IMG/VR virus record: IMGVR_UViG_3300005614_001084
Coordinates: 32,001-96,000 of that record
Reading direction: 5' to 3' (one strand)
Source of the DNA: a virus
Taxonomy: Duplodnaviria; Caudoviricetes
Length of the DNA: 64,000 nucleotides
Below the pieces are notes generated by a model. It saw only the letters and a program-made list of their open reading frames with translations. It was not told the origin of the DNA and made no database searches. Positions within the stretch are counted from its first letter, which is position 1. Each line of letters opens with the position of its first letter. The position numbers and the translations under genes are program-made. This document shows, in pieces, positions 20,017-29,034 of the stretch.

Positions 20017-20970
20017 CTACGACGTACGAACGGCGAAGTCGATGTCGGGTTGCTGGATACCATACTCGTCCTCGACGACCAGCGAAGGATCGAAGAGGTC
20101 GAACACGTCGGTGTTCGGCACCACGATCCGGCGGGTGAAGTCCGAACCATCCACGTTGAAGTCGATGGTGGTGCCCTTGATGAGCCGGATCTGAGCGTAT
20201 CCGTTACGATCGGTCTGCATGACCTGGTAGTTCCGAAACACAGCGTAGCCGTTTACCCGGTTGGGCTGGAACATCACCCCGATGCTCACGCGCTTGCCAG
20301 AGATCGCGCGACCGCTCGCATCCGCTATCTGAACGAAGGCCACTGCTGTCGACGACAGGGGCACGACTTGAGCTTGATCAGCAGTGAACGGAGTACTCAG
20401 CTCCGAGATCTGCGCTGTCGACGAGCTGAGGTACTGCGTCCGGTACCAGAAATCGGAAGAGCTGTTCTGATCGGTATAGAAGTACTGGTACGTCCCGGCC
20501 ATGAGCGTGGTGTCGAGGTCGAGCCCCACCGCTGCGGCTCCGACATCGAAGCCGAGGAACGGGGCAGCCTCTGACGACAGAATCTCGATCGAAGCCGCAC
20601 TTCCAGTCGCCACCGTCGGGATCTTCAGCGTCCCGTCGGTGTTCGGCGCAGCTACCACGAGCCCGGTGGCCAAGTTGATCGCCGCGGCTACGTTTGCTGC
20701 CGAAACCGGGTCTGATCCCGAGAAGGCGACGTCCACCTTCGTGAGACCGTTCACGCGAAAGCTCAGCGTCTTGCCGGTGACCTGAAAGGGACCCACGAGT
20801 GATCCCGACACAGCAGCAACCGTGGCAGACGGACCAGTCGCTGCTTCGTAGAGTCCATCGACCCCTGTACGCGATCGGTACCACCGAATACGGTCGAACG
20901 TGTCCAATACGCTCGTGATGTCGGGAACCACGAACGGCAGGGTCAGCGGGGTATTGGTGACGACGGGCAT
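20017..20970 (-). CDS. Virion structural protein, partial paralogue of 18083..19000
   Basis: SGRAISG...QTDRNGYAQIRL aligns by eye with DGRPHRG...KTDQDGYVEIDL. Confidence 0.6.
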   Translation of the reverse strand: MPVVTNTPLTLPFVVPDITSVLDTFDRIRWYRSRTGVDGLYEAATGPSATVAAVSGSLVGPFQVTGKTLSFRVNGLTKVDVAFSGSDPVSAANVAAAINLATGLVVAAPNTDGTLKIPTVATGSAASIEILSSEAAPFLGFDVGAAAVGLDLDTTLMAGTYQYFYTDQNSSSDFWYRTQYLSSSTAQISELSTPFTADQAQVVPLSSTAVAFVQIADASGRAISGKRVSIGVMFQPNRVNGYAVFRNYQVMQTDRNGYAQIRLIKGTTIDFNVDGSDFTRRIVVPNTDVFDLFDPSLVVEDEYGIQQPDIDFAVRTS

Positions 20971-21056
20971 GACGAAAGTCTATCACCGGCGTCGGATACG
21001 AGGAACCTTCGCAGGATCAGGCATCGGCGTCGGAGGATTTTGGCAAAAGAAAAAGA

Positions 21057-21290
21057 TCAGGCGCCATCGCCCGTGAGAAAGCTCGTGATGTCATCGATGA
21101 CCAGGATGCGCGCCTGAGCGGTGTTGCTGCGCGCCAGACGCTCCGACCCCGTCCGACCGCGAAGCACAGACTTCAGGTACGTGATCTCGTCCTGAACCTT
21201 CTGTGTTTCGCGATCGGCCCAGTCGTCGGTCGCCTGCTGAAGCTCGTCCAGCAGTTGGTTCCGTCTCTGGGTTGCGGGATCGTCCGGCAT
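21057..21290 (-). CDS. Hypothetical protein
   Basis: TGATG overlap with the upstream gene. Confidence 0.6.
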   Translation of the reverse strand: MPDDPATQRRNQLLDELQQATDDWADRETQKVQDEITYLKSVLRGRTGSERLARSNTAQARILVIDDITSFLTGDGA

Positions 21291-21505
21291 CAGCGCTCCT
21301 CCTGTCCCTTCTTGTACGCGGCCTCCAGCGCCGCCTCCAAGCGAGGCTGTAGATCTTTCAGGGCCGACATGTGACGCAGCCCGAGATGCGACTCCGTCCA
21401 GGCGTCGATGATCTTCTTCGCTTCGCTGCGGGGCGAGAAGACGTGATCACGGGCTCGAAGTGAAGTGGTGGAGATCTTATCTCCCGGTACGACGGCGTAG
21501 CGCAT
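21290..21505 (-). CDS. Hypothetical protein (start MRYAVV)
   Basis: TGATG overlaps on both sides. Confidence 0.55.
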   Translation of the reverse strand: MRYAVVPGDKISTTSLRARDHVFSPRSEAKKIIDAWTESHLGLRHMSALKDLQPRLEAALEAAYKKGQEER

Positions 21506-21867
21506 CAGTGCTTGTCCTCGCGCGGCATGTTGTTGTAGTTCGGGCCCGAAGACGACATGCGGCCGGTGACGACACCATGCGTCTGCACCGTGGGCTCGTC
21601 CTCCCGATGCCGACTCGGGTAGCCCTGGCGGTACTTCTTCTCGACGAAGGCGGTGGCGAGCGCGACCGTACACTCGTCGCCGAGCGTGAACACCTCCTCG
21701 TCGGAGATGTCCATTTCGAGCTGCTCCTCCATGGCGAGCACCAGCTCGACGATCATGAGGCTGTCAGCTCCGAGGTCGTCGACGATGCGCGTCTCCGGCT
21801 TGATCAGGGCCGGATCGACGTCGAGATGCTGAGAAAGGGTCTTGATGACGAGAGCGCTGATTTCCAT
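21505..21867 (-). CDS. acpP: Acyl carrier protein with C-terminal extension
   Basis: IKPETRIVDDLGADSLMIVELVLAMEE: intact phosphopantetheine attachment motif and ACP helix pattern. Confidence 0.85.
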   Translation of the reverse strand: MEISALVIKTLSQHLDVDPALIKPETRIVDDLGADSLMIVELVLAMEEQLEMDISDEEVFTLGDECTVALATAFVEKKYRQGYPSRHREDEPTVQTHGVVTGRMSSSGPNYNNMPREDKH

Positions 21868-21868
21868 G

Positions 21869-22699
21869 TCACTGTCCCTTGATGACGGGGGCGAGAAGCG
21901 CCTCGACCCTCTTCTTGATGCGGTAGACGCGGTGCTCGGGGATCTTCATGTTCTTGGAGATGGCGGTGATCGACATCTGCGGTGTCCCCTCCTCGGGGTA
22001 GTGCAGGTCGGCGAACTGCCGTTCTTCCGGCTTCAGCTCACTGCGCATGAGATGGTAGGCGCCACGGATGCGCTGGATCGGGTCCTCGACCTGGACGTCG
22101 TGCTCCAGATCGGTACCCATGTCGGTGAAGGCCTCGGATCCGAATCCCTTGTACATCTTGGCGACGTACTTCGGCTTCCACGCCGGCAGCGCGCTCTGAA
22201 GCTCGGTCAGCGTAGGATCGCGCCCGTTCAGCTCCTTGAACTCGCGCTTCGCGTTCTGGAACATCTCGTACTTCTCGACGTCCTCGCGCGGCATGTACTT
22301 GGGATTGCGGTTCTGCGCGACGAAGTCGGTGATCCGCATGAAGTTGTTCACGACGTGGGTGGTGAGCTGCGTCCCCTTGGTCGGGTCGTAGCTTTCCAGC
22401 GCTGCCACGGCGGTGTTGCGGAGCGCGTTCTTCAGCGCGATCTGCGGAATCGACCCACCGAGCCCCTGCATGCGCTTGGTCGTCTCCGAGCGGATCAACG
22501 GATCCAGCGACTTCAGCAGGGGCTCCAGGTGCTCGGGCTTCTTGCCGTTGTCCTTCCAGGTTTCCCAGAGCTTCAGCTCGGCACCACGGCGCCCACGAAG
22601 CTCGGCGTGCCGGGCATGGGCGCGCTCCACCTTGGCCGGGCTGTCTGCCGCGTCCTTGATGAACTTCTCGACCGCCTCGATCTCCTTCTTGGTCGGCAT
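21869..22699 (-). CDS. Phage RNA polymerase sigma70-family factor (FliA/SigF-like)
   Basis: ALESYDPTKGTQLTTHV (region 2), NGRDPTLTEL (region 3), C-terminal HTH SITAISKNMKIPEHRVYRIK (region 4). Confidence 0.8.
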   Translation of the reverse strand: MPTKKEIEAVEKFIKDAADSPAKVERAHARHAELRGRRGAELKLWETWKDNGKKPEHLEPLLKSLDPLIRSETTKRMQGLGGSIPQIALKNALRNTAVAALESYDPTKGTQLTTHVVNNFMRITDFVAQNRNPKYMPREDVEKYEMFQNAKREFKELNGRDPTLTELQSALPAWKPKYVAKMYKGFGSEAFTDMGTDLEHDVQVEDPIQRIRGAYHLMRSELKPEERQFADLHYPEEGTPQMSITAISKNMKIPEHRVYRIKKRVEALLAPVIKGQ

Positions 22700-22998
22700 C
22701 AGCGCTTCTTCCCCTTCTTGGGCTTGGCCAGATCTTCGCCGTTCTGATGACCCAGCTCCTGGCTCACGTACCGCGACGCCTCCATGAGACGCGACAGGGC
22801 TTCGTCGAGACGTGCCAGCGCCGGGCCGGTCCCGGTGGGCATGTTCTTGGTCGCAGGCTCCCCCGTAGGATCGAGCGCGTAGATCGCGTCCTTGATGAGG
22901 TCGAGAGCGCCCCGTCCCCCGAACGGAGATCCGTCTCGAAGATGCTTGAGGGCGTGAGTGCGAAGTGTCTGTCGTGCTTCTTTTGCGGTGATCGGCAT
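22699..22998 (-). CDS. Hypothetical protein
   Basis: AAGGAGG RBS; first gene of the sigma/ACP operon. Confidence 0.6.
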   Translation of the reverse strand: MPITAKEARQTLRTHALKHLRDGSPFGGRGALDLIKDAIYALDPTGEPATKNMPTGTGPALARLDEALSRLMEASRYVSQELGHQNGEDLAKPKKGKKR

Positions 22999-23014
22999 GT
23001 AGCCTCCTTCACCC

Positions 23015-23023
23015 GCTGATAGG
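23015..23023 (-). promoter_or_regulatory. CCTATCAGC promoter-like motif heading the sigma-ACP operon
   Basis: Identical 9-mer also at 27541, 30631 and 36722 on the + strand, each upstream of an operon. Confidence 0.55.
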
Positions 23024-23025
23024 TG

Positions 23026-23661
23026 CTACGTGCGCATGTTCTTCGTCATGGCGTTGCGGATGCTGAGACGCGGGTTCGTCACTCCGGCGGTCGTCGATCC
23101 CGGTGCCTTCAAGAAGTTCGCCGTGGCCTGGCCGCTGAAGCTGCCGACGTGGCTGGCTCCCATCGAGACCTGTCCGGGCTTCGGAACCGCGAAGGCGACC
23201 TTGCCGCCCGTACGTTCGTCGATGAAGTCGCGCACCTTGCGCTTCGCCTTGCCCAGCTCGACTCCCTCTCGAACCGCTTGGATCACGCCGCCACCGAGAA
23301 CGCCCCGGGTCACGTTCTTCGCCAGCTCCGGAGTCGTCAGCACGGCCTTCGCGGCGTGCGCCGCCGCTCGCAACTTGCCCTGTCCTGCATGCGCGGCGAA
23401 GCCCTTGGCGGCCTCTCCCGCAGCATTCACCAGCGGATAGGTCATGCCACCGATCGCACCGCCCTCGGCGTAACGACGGGTCCGGCCCTTCTGCGACAGC
23501 AGCTTGGCGGCATCCAGCGCCTCGTCCTCCTCGACCGCCTTTTTCGTGCGAGCCTCGAACCCTTCGCGGACCTTTCCGATCAGCTCGTGGATGCCGATGG
23601 ACGGACTTCCGCTACGGGTCTTCGAGAGGCCGTGAGCCAGCGTCTTGGGGGAAGGCAGCAT
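23026..23661 (-). CDS. Basic Ala/Gly-rich hypothetical, likely virion protein
   Basis: TACACT-6 nt-ATG leaderless arrangement shared with structural genes. Confidence 0.55.
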   Translation of the reverse strand: MLPSPKTLAHGLSKTRSGSPSIGIHELIGKVREGFEARTKKAVEEDEALDAAKLLSQKGRTRRYAEGGAIGGMTYPLVNAAGEAAKGFAAHAGQGKLRAAAHAAKAVLTTPELAKNVTRGVLGGGVIQAVREGVELGKAKRKVRDFIDERTGGKVAFAVPKPGQVSMGASHVGSFSGQATANFLKAPGSTTAGVTNPRLSIRNAMTKNMRT

Positions 23662-23699
23662 CCGCGCAGTGTACTGCGCCGCTGGCCCGAGCGTCCAGG

Positions 23700-23951
23700 T
23701 CAGCCCTTCTCGGGCTCCGGATCTGTGTTGTCGAGAAGGGTGTCGATGATGCCCTGCGCATCATCACGCGTCCTCACCGCCTTCTGTGCGATGAGGAGCT
23801 GCTGCGACGAGATGCGCGCGGCCCTACGCACCTCTCCCCGAATGCGCAACCAGGCATCCTTGATCGCCTTGTTCTTCTCGTCGTCTAGGCCGACCTCCTT
23901 CAAGAAGTCTTCGACCACAACGAGATCGTTGGCCCGCCCTGTCTGGGTCAT
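23700..23951 (-). CDS. Hypothetical protein
   Basis: ATGA overlap with the hub-like gene. Confidence 0.6.
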   Translation of the reverse strand: MTQTGRANDLVVVEDFLKEVGLDDEKNKAIKDAWLRIRGEVRRAARISSQQLLIAQKAVRTRDDAQGIIDTLLDNTDPEPEKG

Positions 23952-26900
23952 CCGAGTACTCCACAGCTCGCGCCGAGTTGGAAGAGGTACTTCAAGATCG
24001 GAGCGCGCTTCTCCTTACGAGTATCGAGTCGCGCCGAGATGTTGGCGTCGCGGCTCGTGTCGGTATCATCGCTGGTCTCGTCCGGATCGCTGGTGCTGAG
24101 GCCCAGAATCGTCTGAGGACGGCTACCGTCCGTAGACGAGACAAGCTGACGAAGATCATCGTAGTCGCCGAAGGCGCGGCTGTGGAACCCCTCGGACCCT
24201 CGCACTACATCGCCGTGGTCGTTGATCTCCAGATTCGCCGTACCGAAAAGGTCCACCATCGAGGCAATCGGTCGCCAGGTGTAGGACCGGATGAACTGGT
24301 GAACGTCGAAGTTCCGCGTCTTCACCTGACTGTACGCTCGGACGATCTCTTCCACCGCCTCGTCGATGGCGCTTCGTGCATCGACATGGGCGATGAGCCC
24401 GTCCGACGGCTCCGGCGTCACGGTTCCCGGCGGACCCGGCATCTCTCCGCCCGGCAGCTCGGGCGCAGCGGTGTCGCCGGGCTGTGGCGCCTGCTCGGAG
24501 GAACCGATGGCCTGCGCCACGACACTGGCGAAGCTGTTGATGAACGCGATGCTGGCCGCGCGCTGCGCGCCCTCGGCATCGGTCTCTCCGGCCGAAGCCA
24601 CCGCCGCAGTGCTGTCGAACTGAGACGGATCGACTCCCGGCTCCAACACGAAGAGAGGATCCGTGATGGCTCCGGTACCGAAGTAGTACGAATACAGACC
24701 ACCGATCTGATTCGTGCGGTAGTGCTCGCCATACCACGGCGGGAAGCAAAGATCCTCGGGAGGAAGCGAGACATCTTCGGCTCGGTACGCTCCGATCTGC
24801 TCCACGATGCGGTAGGCTCGGAACTCCACCAAGATCTCTCGGTCAGCTTCGTTGAAGCTGCCGGCAGAGCCTACAAGAGACACCACTTCGGGGCCGTAGT
24901 CGGACGCCGCCTGCTCGATTCCGACGGGGACGCGAGTGCCACGTCGCTGCCGTCCGGTGAAAGTACGATCCTGCACGAACAAGGGCAGCAGACTGCTGCT
25001 CTGGAAGCGTGTACGAGAGCCGCTGTGGTCCGTAGGCTGTCGTGTGCCCCGACGCTCGTACTGATCGGTGACGTCCGTGACTTCTTGAATCTCACCACCG
25101 TAGTAGCCGAGACTGCCGGTGGTCGGCGCTTCGAGAGCGGCCACGATGGTCGTACGCTGCACGTTACGCCGCAGCGTCGCTCGCGTGGAACGTCCGGTGT
25201 TGTCGCCGAGGAACTCCGTGCGCTCGTTCGTCGTGCGCGCGTAGCTCATCTGCACCTGCGTCTGTCCGCCGCTGTTGGCGTCGATGCTGTGCGAGATCAT
25301 CTCGGGCGTACCGAGGTAGTGTGTGTTCGGTCGCGCCGTGATCAGATCTGCCTGAACTTCGGCCACGCGCGCGGCGTTGGCTTCGGCGATACGACTACGC
25401 TCCTCGCTCGGAGGACCGATCTCACCCTCGCCCTCTCGAACCGCGTCCGCGATACGAGCAGCCAGCGCGGGATCGTAGGTGCCGTCCCGCAATAGATCTT
25501 GTGGCAGGTACTTGTCGACGACGAGCGTCGGAAAACCGAGCACAGCGTAGGGATTGAACTTTCCCTGGAGCATCAGCTCGCGACTGCGGAACCGATACTG
25601 GAAGAAGATGTGGTTGCAAGCGAGCTGTGCGTATCCGACCCGAACGGGGCCATTCGCGCTGCTGATCTCTACGCTGCCACCGCGGATGGCGTGCAGGTTG
25701 AGGTCGCTCATGCGCTCGAACGCCGGGATGATCCCGGTGAACAGCTCGTGCTCCATCATGTCGCGGACCACCCACGCCGGAGCGTCGCTGAGATCCGGAG
25801 GGTCAGCCCCGATACGACCACGGCCGATCGGACGACCGTTGCGCTGACCCAAGATGCGAGACGGCGCCATGTAGAAGCCGTCGAACAGGATGTCGGAACC
25901 GAAGAAGGCGCTGTGCGTGCGCAGCAACAGTCGCGTCACCTCCTGCTGGTAGTTCCGGCCGTACGTGAACTGCGAGTACAGCTCGGGGAAGAAGACGTTG
26001 CAGCGCGGGGGCGCCACCATCCAGACGTCGGGCCGGTAGAGCTGTGTGAGCAAGCGGGCCGGCGGGTCGGGCTGCGCGGTGGTGCGCTGGATACGACGGT
26101 TGTGCCGCGACTCCAGGACCTGCTGCATGAGCTGGCTGATCTGATCGCAGTTGTTCTCGATGAGGTTGGCGTCGCTGGTACCAGAGATGGGCAGGGTCGA
26201 GCGAGATCCGCTCTGTGTCGCCACGATGATCTGATTGAAATCGCTACCCGCCACGGCGAATGCTCGGCTGACCTCGGGGATCCCGAAGAAATCACCGGTG
26301 CGGGTATACAGCCCGCCCTGGAGCCCGACATGCCGAGCCTGTGACCCTGCGGTGTCGCACGTCCTCGCGAGCTGCCGTAGCTCGGCCAGGAGACCACCAC
26401 GACGGTCGCTCTGCTGCCGAGCCGCCGTAGCGCTGGTCGACGACTGTTGGCGCTGTTTCAGCTCATCTGCTCGTTGCTTGATCGCCCGCGCAGCTCTGGC
26501 GATGGGGCGCGTCTCCTCGTCGTCCTCGATCCCCATGGTCTCGAACCGGGGCAGAGCCGGGTCTTCGAGGGCCGGAATGAAGCGAGGCGCGTTGATCGGG
26601 ATGATCTCGTGGAAGATGAAGCGCTGGAGCGCCATCATCACGGCACGCACGCTTACCTGACGACCGAGCCCCGCGAGGCTGCGGCGGAACAGCGAACCAA
26701 AGCCACGAGCGCGCAGCAGTTGCAGCTCGTCTCGCTCGGGGAACGGATTCGCCCCGACCATCTGCGTGATGTGCAGGCGCATCTCGGCGAGGCTGAAGAA
26801 GTCGTTGACGCCACGAACAGCACGCCGCCCGAAGTAGATGCCGCCGAGCGCCTCCATGAGATGCATCAGGCCGCCGAGCAACGTGCCTCGCATGCTCGGG

Positions 26901-27505
26901 TAGTTACGGGGCGGCTGGTTGAGTAGATCGGTGACGATGTCGGCACTGCCACGCAAGAAGTCGTTGAACACCGTGGCGCTGGTACCGGTGAACGCGCCAC
27001 GAATACCCTGGCCGCCCAGGCTCATGCCGCTGACCTGGTACTGAAGCGCGACGTCCCAGTAACTCGACCAGTCCATGCACTGAAGCACGATCGAACGTGA
27101 CTGCGGCTGCTTCGAAAAGCTGAAGCCCACAACCTCGCCGCCGAAGATCAGCTTGTAGTTCTCGTTCTCCAGATCGGTGATGTCCTGCTCGGTCGTCGAC
27201 TCGAAACGCTCGGGAGGAAAGAGACCCGCCAGCTCGGGATCGACGCCGTCGTCTCGGTCCACGACTCGGATCCCGGGCCCACCGACGCTGACCTGTGCGT
27301 CCGGCGGCACGCCATTGTAGAGGTCGTACATGAACAGGTGCACGAGCGTGCGCGGTTTGAAGTCGAGTGCGTAGTCGTTCGCCGGCACCTGGATCGAACA
27401 GGCCACCGCCGCGTTCTTCGCCGACTGGATGTTGGCGGAGACCACCGGCACCTCGACGCCTTCGAGGAAGAGCCGGAGACGAAGTCGCTGTCCTACAGTG
27501 GCCAC
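23948..27505 (-). CDS. Baseplate hub / tail-associated protein (start re-called at GTG 27505)
   Basis: N-terminal RLFLEGVEVPV...IFGGEVVGF...LQCMDWS hub-like pattern; downstream of the tape-measure-like gene. Confidence 0.6.
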   Translation of the reverse strand: MATVGQRLRLRLFLEGVEVPVVSANIQSAKNAAVACSIQVPANDYALDFKPRTLVHLFMYDLYNGVPPDAQVSVGGPGIRVVDRDDGVDPELAGLFPPERFESTTEQDITDLENENYKLIFGGEVVGFSFSKQPQSRSIVLQCMDWSSYWDVALQYQVSGMSLGGQGIRGAFTGTSATVFNDFLRGSADIVTDLLNQPPRNYPSMRGTLLGGLMHLMEALGGIYFGRRAVRGVNDFFSLAEMRLHITQMVGANPFPERDELQLLRARGFGSLFRRSLAGLGRQVSVRAVMMALQRFIFHEIIPINAPRFIPALEDPALPRFETMGIEDDEETRPIARAARAIKQRADELKQRQQSSTSATAARQQSDRRGGLLAELRQLARTCDTAGSQARHVGLQGGLYTRTGDFFGIPEVSRAFAVAGSDFNQIIVATQSGSRSTLPISGTSDANLIENNCDQISQLMQQVLESRHNRRIQRTTAQPDPPARLLTQLYRPDVWMVAPPRCNVFFPELYSQFTYGRNYQQEVTRLLLRTHSAFFGSDILFDGFYMAPSRILGQRNGRPIGRGRIGADPPDLSDAPAWVVRDMMEHELFTGIIPAFERMSDLNLHAIRGGSVEISSANGPVRVGYAQLACNHIFFQYRFRSRELMLQGKFNPYAVLGFPTLVVDKYLPQDLLRDGTYDPALAARIADAVREGEGEIGPPSEERSRIAEANAARVAEVQADLITARPNTHYLGTPEMISHSIDANSGGQTQVQMSYARTTNERTEFLGDNTGRSTRATLRRNVQRTTIVAALEAPTTGSLGYYGGEIQEVTDVTDQYERRGTRQPTDHSGSRTRFQSSSLLPLFVQDRTFTGRQRRGTRVPVGIEQAASDYGPEVVSLVGSAGSFNEADREILVEFRAYRIVEQIGAYRAEDVSLPPEDLCFPPWYGEHYRTNQIGGLYSYYFGTGAITDPLFVLEPGVDPSQFDSTAAVASAGETDAEGAQRAASIAFINSFASVVAQAIGSSEQAPQPGDTAAPELPGGEMPGPPGTVTPEPSDGLIAHVDARSAIDEAVEEIVRAYSQVKTRNFDVHQFIRSYTWRPIASMVDLFGTANLEINDHGDVVRGSEGFHSRAFGDYDDLRQLVSSTDGSRPQTILGLSTSDPDETSDDTDTSRDANISARLDTRKEKRAPILKYLFQLGASCGVLG

Positions 27506-27540
27506 GGCCATACCGTACCGCAAAGCAGGCGCTGAGTGTA

Positions 27541-27549
27541 CCTATCAGC
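27541..27549 (+). promoter_or_regulatory. CCTATCAGC promoter-like motif
   Basis: Recurrent motif about 30 nt upstream of ATG 27579. Confidence 0.55.
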
Positions 27550-27578
27550 ATGTGAGGCGATCTAGCCCAGGAGAGAAC

Positions 27579-28115
27579 ATGAAGAGCGCACAGCAGAAGA
27601 CCAACGAGTGGCGGGAGTACGAGGAGAAGCAGAGCAAGAACGCGATCGAACCCAACACGCCGCTGCCCACGCTGGCCGTGGGCACGGTGGTTCGTGCGAA
27701 GCGTCAGGTGGACCCCGACGTATGCAACATCGAGCCGAACACCCTCGGCTTCGTGTTCGGGGAGACGAACTGCTACGGCGACCTCGCCGGACCGATCATA
27801 CAGTGGATCACCGCCAGCGGCGGCCTTCCCTCCGGAAAGCTCACAGAGGTTCGTTCGGATGCTCCGCTGCTGTCGGCCCAGAAGGTCTGCAACGTCTATC
27901 CCGGCGACATCGACGTCATCCGCACGCACGACACCGTTTTCGTCGGCCACGTGGACGCGCATCCCCCGGACGACACTCTCGGTGCGCTCAAGCGCCTGCT
28001 CCACTACTCCTGGGAACCGATCGACTACCAGTACATCGGCCTCACGCAGCGGGAAAAGCAGGCTATCTCCGAGCCGAACTTCAACGCCTTGGTCGAGTGG
28101 ATCAAGGAGGGATGA
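27579..28115 (+). CDS. Hypothetical protein (start MKSAQQ)
   Basis: AGGAG RBS before ATG 27579. Confidence 0.65.
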   Translation: MKSAQQKTNEWREYEEKQSKNAIEPNTPLPTLAVGTVVRAKRQVDPDVCNIEPNTLGFVFGETNCYGDLAGPIIQWITASGGLPSGKLTEVRSDAPLLSAQKVCNVYPGDIDVIRTHDTVFVGHVDAHPPDDTLGALKRLLHYSWEPIDYQYIGLTQREKQAISEPNFNALVEWIKEG

Positions 28116-28162
28116 AAAACAAAACCACAGATCTCGTATGAGCACCTGAAGGAGAGATTCCC

Positions 28163-28903
28163 ATGGCGAAGAAGCGACTGAACCAGATCCTGGCGATCGA
28201 ACGCGACGTGAAGAAGTCGGCGTACGGCAACCTGTCCAAGGATCACCACCTCATGCAGAAGGGCGCGCTCGTCACCGGCGAGACCGCGACCTACACGCCC
28301 AAGGACGAGACCGGCCGGCAGTTCCCGCCCGAGAATCGCCTGATCCAGCTCAAGGTCGAAGACGAGCTGCTGACCACCGCGGCGAAGATGATCCCGCTGT
28401 TCGACCTCACCGCGACGAAGGACGTCGGCAACACCAAGACCACGGCCGAAGTCGTGCTGCCGAACGGCGTCAGCCTCGGGCAGCTTCCTCCGACCACCCT
28501 GCTGTTCCTGGAGAAGCAGCTTCAGGACCTGCACACCTTCTTCGCCAAGCTGCCGGTGCTCGACCCCGACCAGGCCTGGACGTTCGACTCGACTCGCGGC
28601 TACTACGTGACGGAGCCGATCACGCAGATCAAGACCGAGAAGTCGCAGGAGCCGCTCGTCCTCTCGCAGGCGACGAAGGAGCACCCGGCACAAACGCAGC
28701 TCGTGGTCCGCGACGTCGTGGTCGGCGAGTGGAAGAAGACCAAGCTCTCCGCCGCGATCACGGAGGATCGTCGCCGAACGCTCGTCGCCAGGGTGGAGAC
28801 GCTCCAGCGCGCGGTGAAGCAGGCGCGCGAGACCGCCAACCTGGTCGAGGTCGACGAGGTCGGCATCGGCCAGCAGCTCTTCGACTTCCTGCTCGCGCGC
28901 TGA
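28163..28903 (+). CDS. Conserved hypothetical protein of the 'KLNQI(I/L)A(V/I)E...YxPKDE' family (recalled as DUF7873-like), candidate partner of the downstream ncRNA
   Basis: AAGGAG RBS; RLNQILAIE, TYTPKDETG, LLFLEKQL, LPVLDP, HPAQTQLV, VVGEW and AVKQARE.AN motifs match an actinobacterial/phage family from memory; family name not verified. Confidence 0.7.
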   Translation: MAKKRLNQILAIERDVKKSAYGNLSKDHHLMQKGALVTGETATYTPKDETGRQFPPENRLIQLKVEDELLTTAAKMIPLFDLTATKDVGNTKTTAEVVLPNGVSLGQLPPTTLLFLEKQLQDLHTFFAKLPVLDPDQAWTFDSTRGYYVTEPITQIKTEKSQEPLVLSQATKEHPAQTQLVVRDVVVGEWKKTKLSAAITEDRRRTLVARVETLQRAVKQARETANLVEVDEVGIGQQLFDFLLAR

Positions 28904-29034
28904 CGCGGTCCGCGTCATGCTGCGTGCTCCTGGCTCTGAGTGGGTCGCTGATCCGGAAACGCCCCCCTAGTACGGATCGGCGGCCCTCTCGGGGCCAGGA
29001 GCCCCACGGACCATCAATCTCAATCTCAACCTCA

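Noticed and set aside
20987-21034. Direct repeat CGGCGTCGGA upstream of 20970
   Set aside because: A 10-bp GC-rich repeat is plausible by chance in this composition and has no other support.
28901-28917. Small hairpin TGACGCG-GTC-CGCGTCA over the stop codon as a terminator or recoding signal
   Set aside because: There is no U-tract, and no evidence for a meaningful read-through product; noted only as a possible 5' part of the ncRNA.
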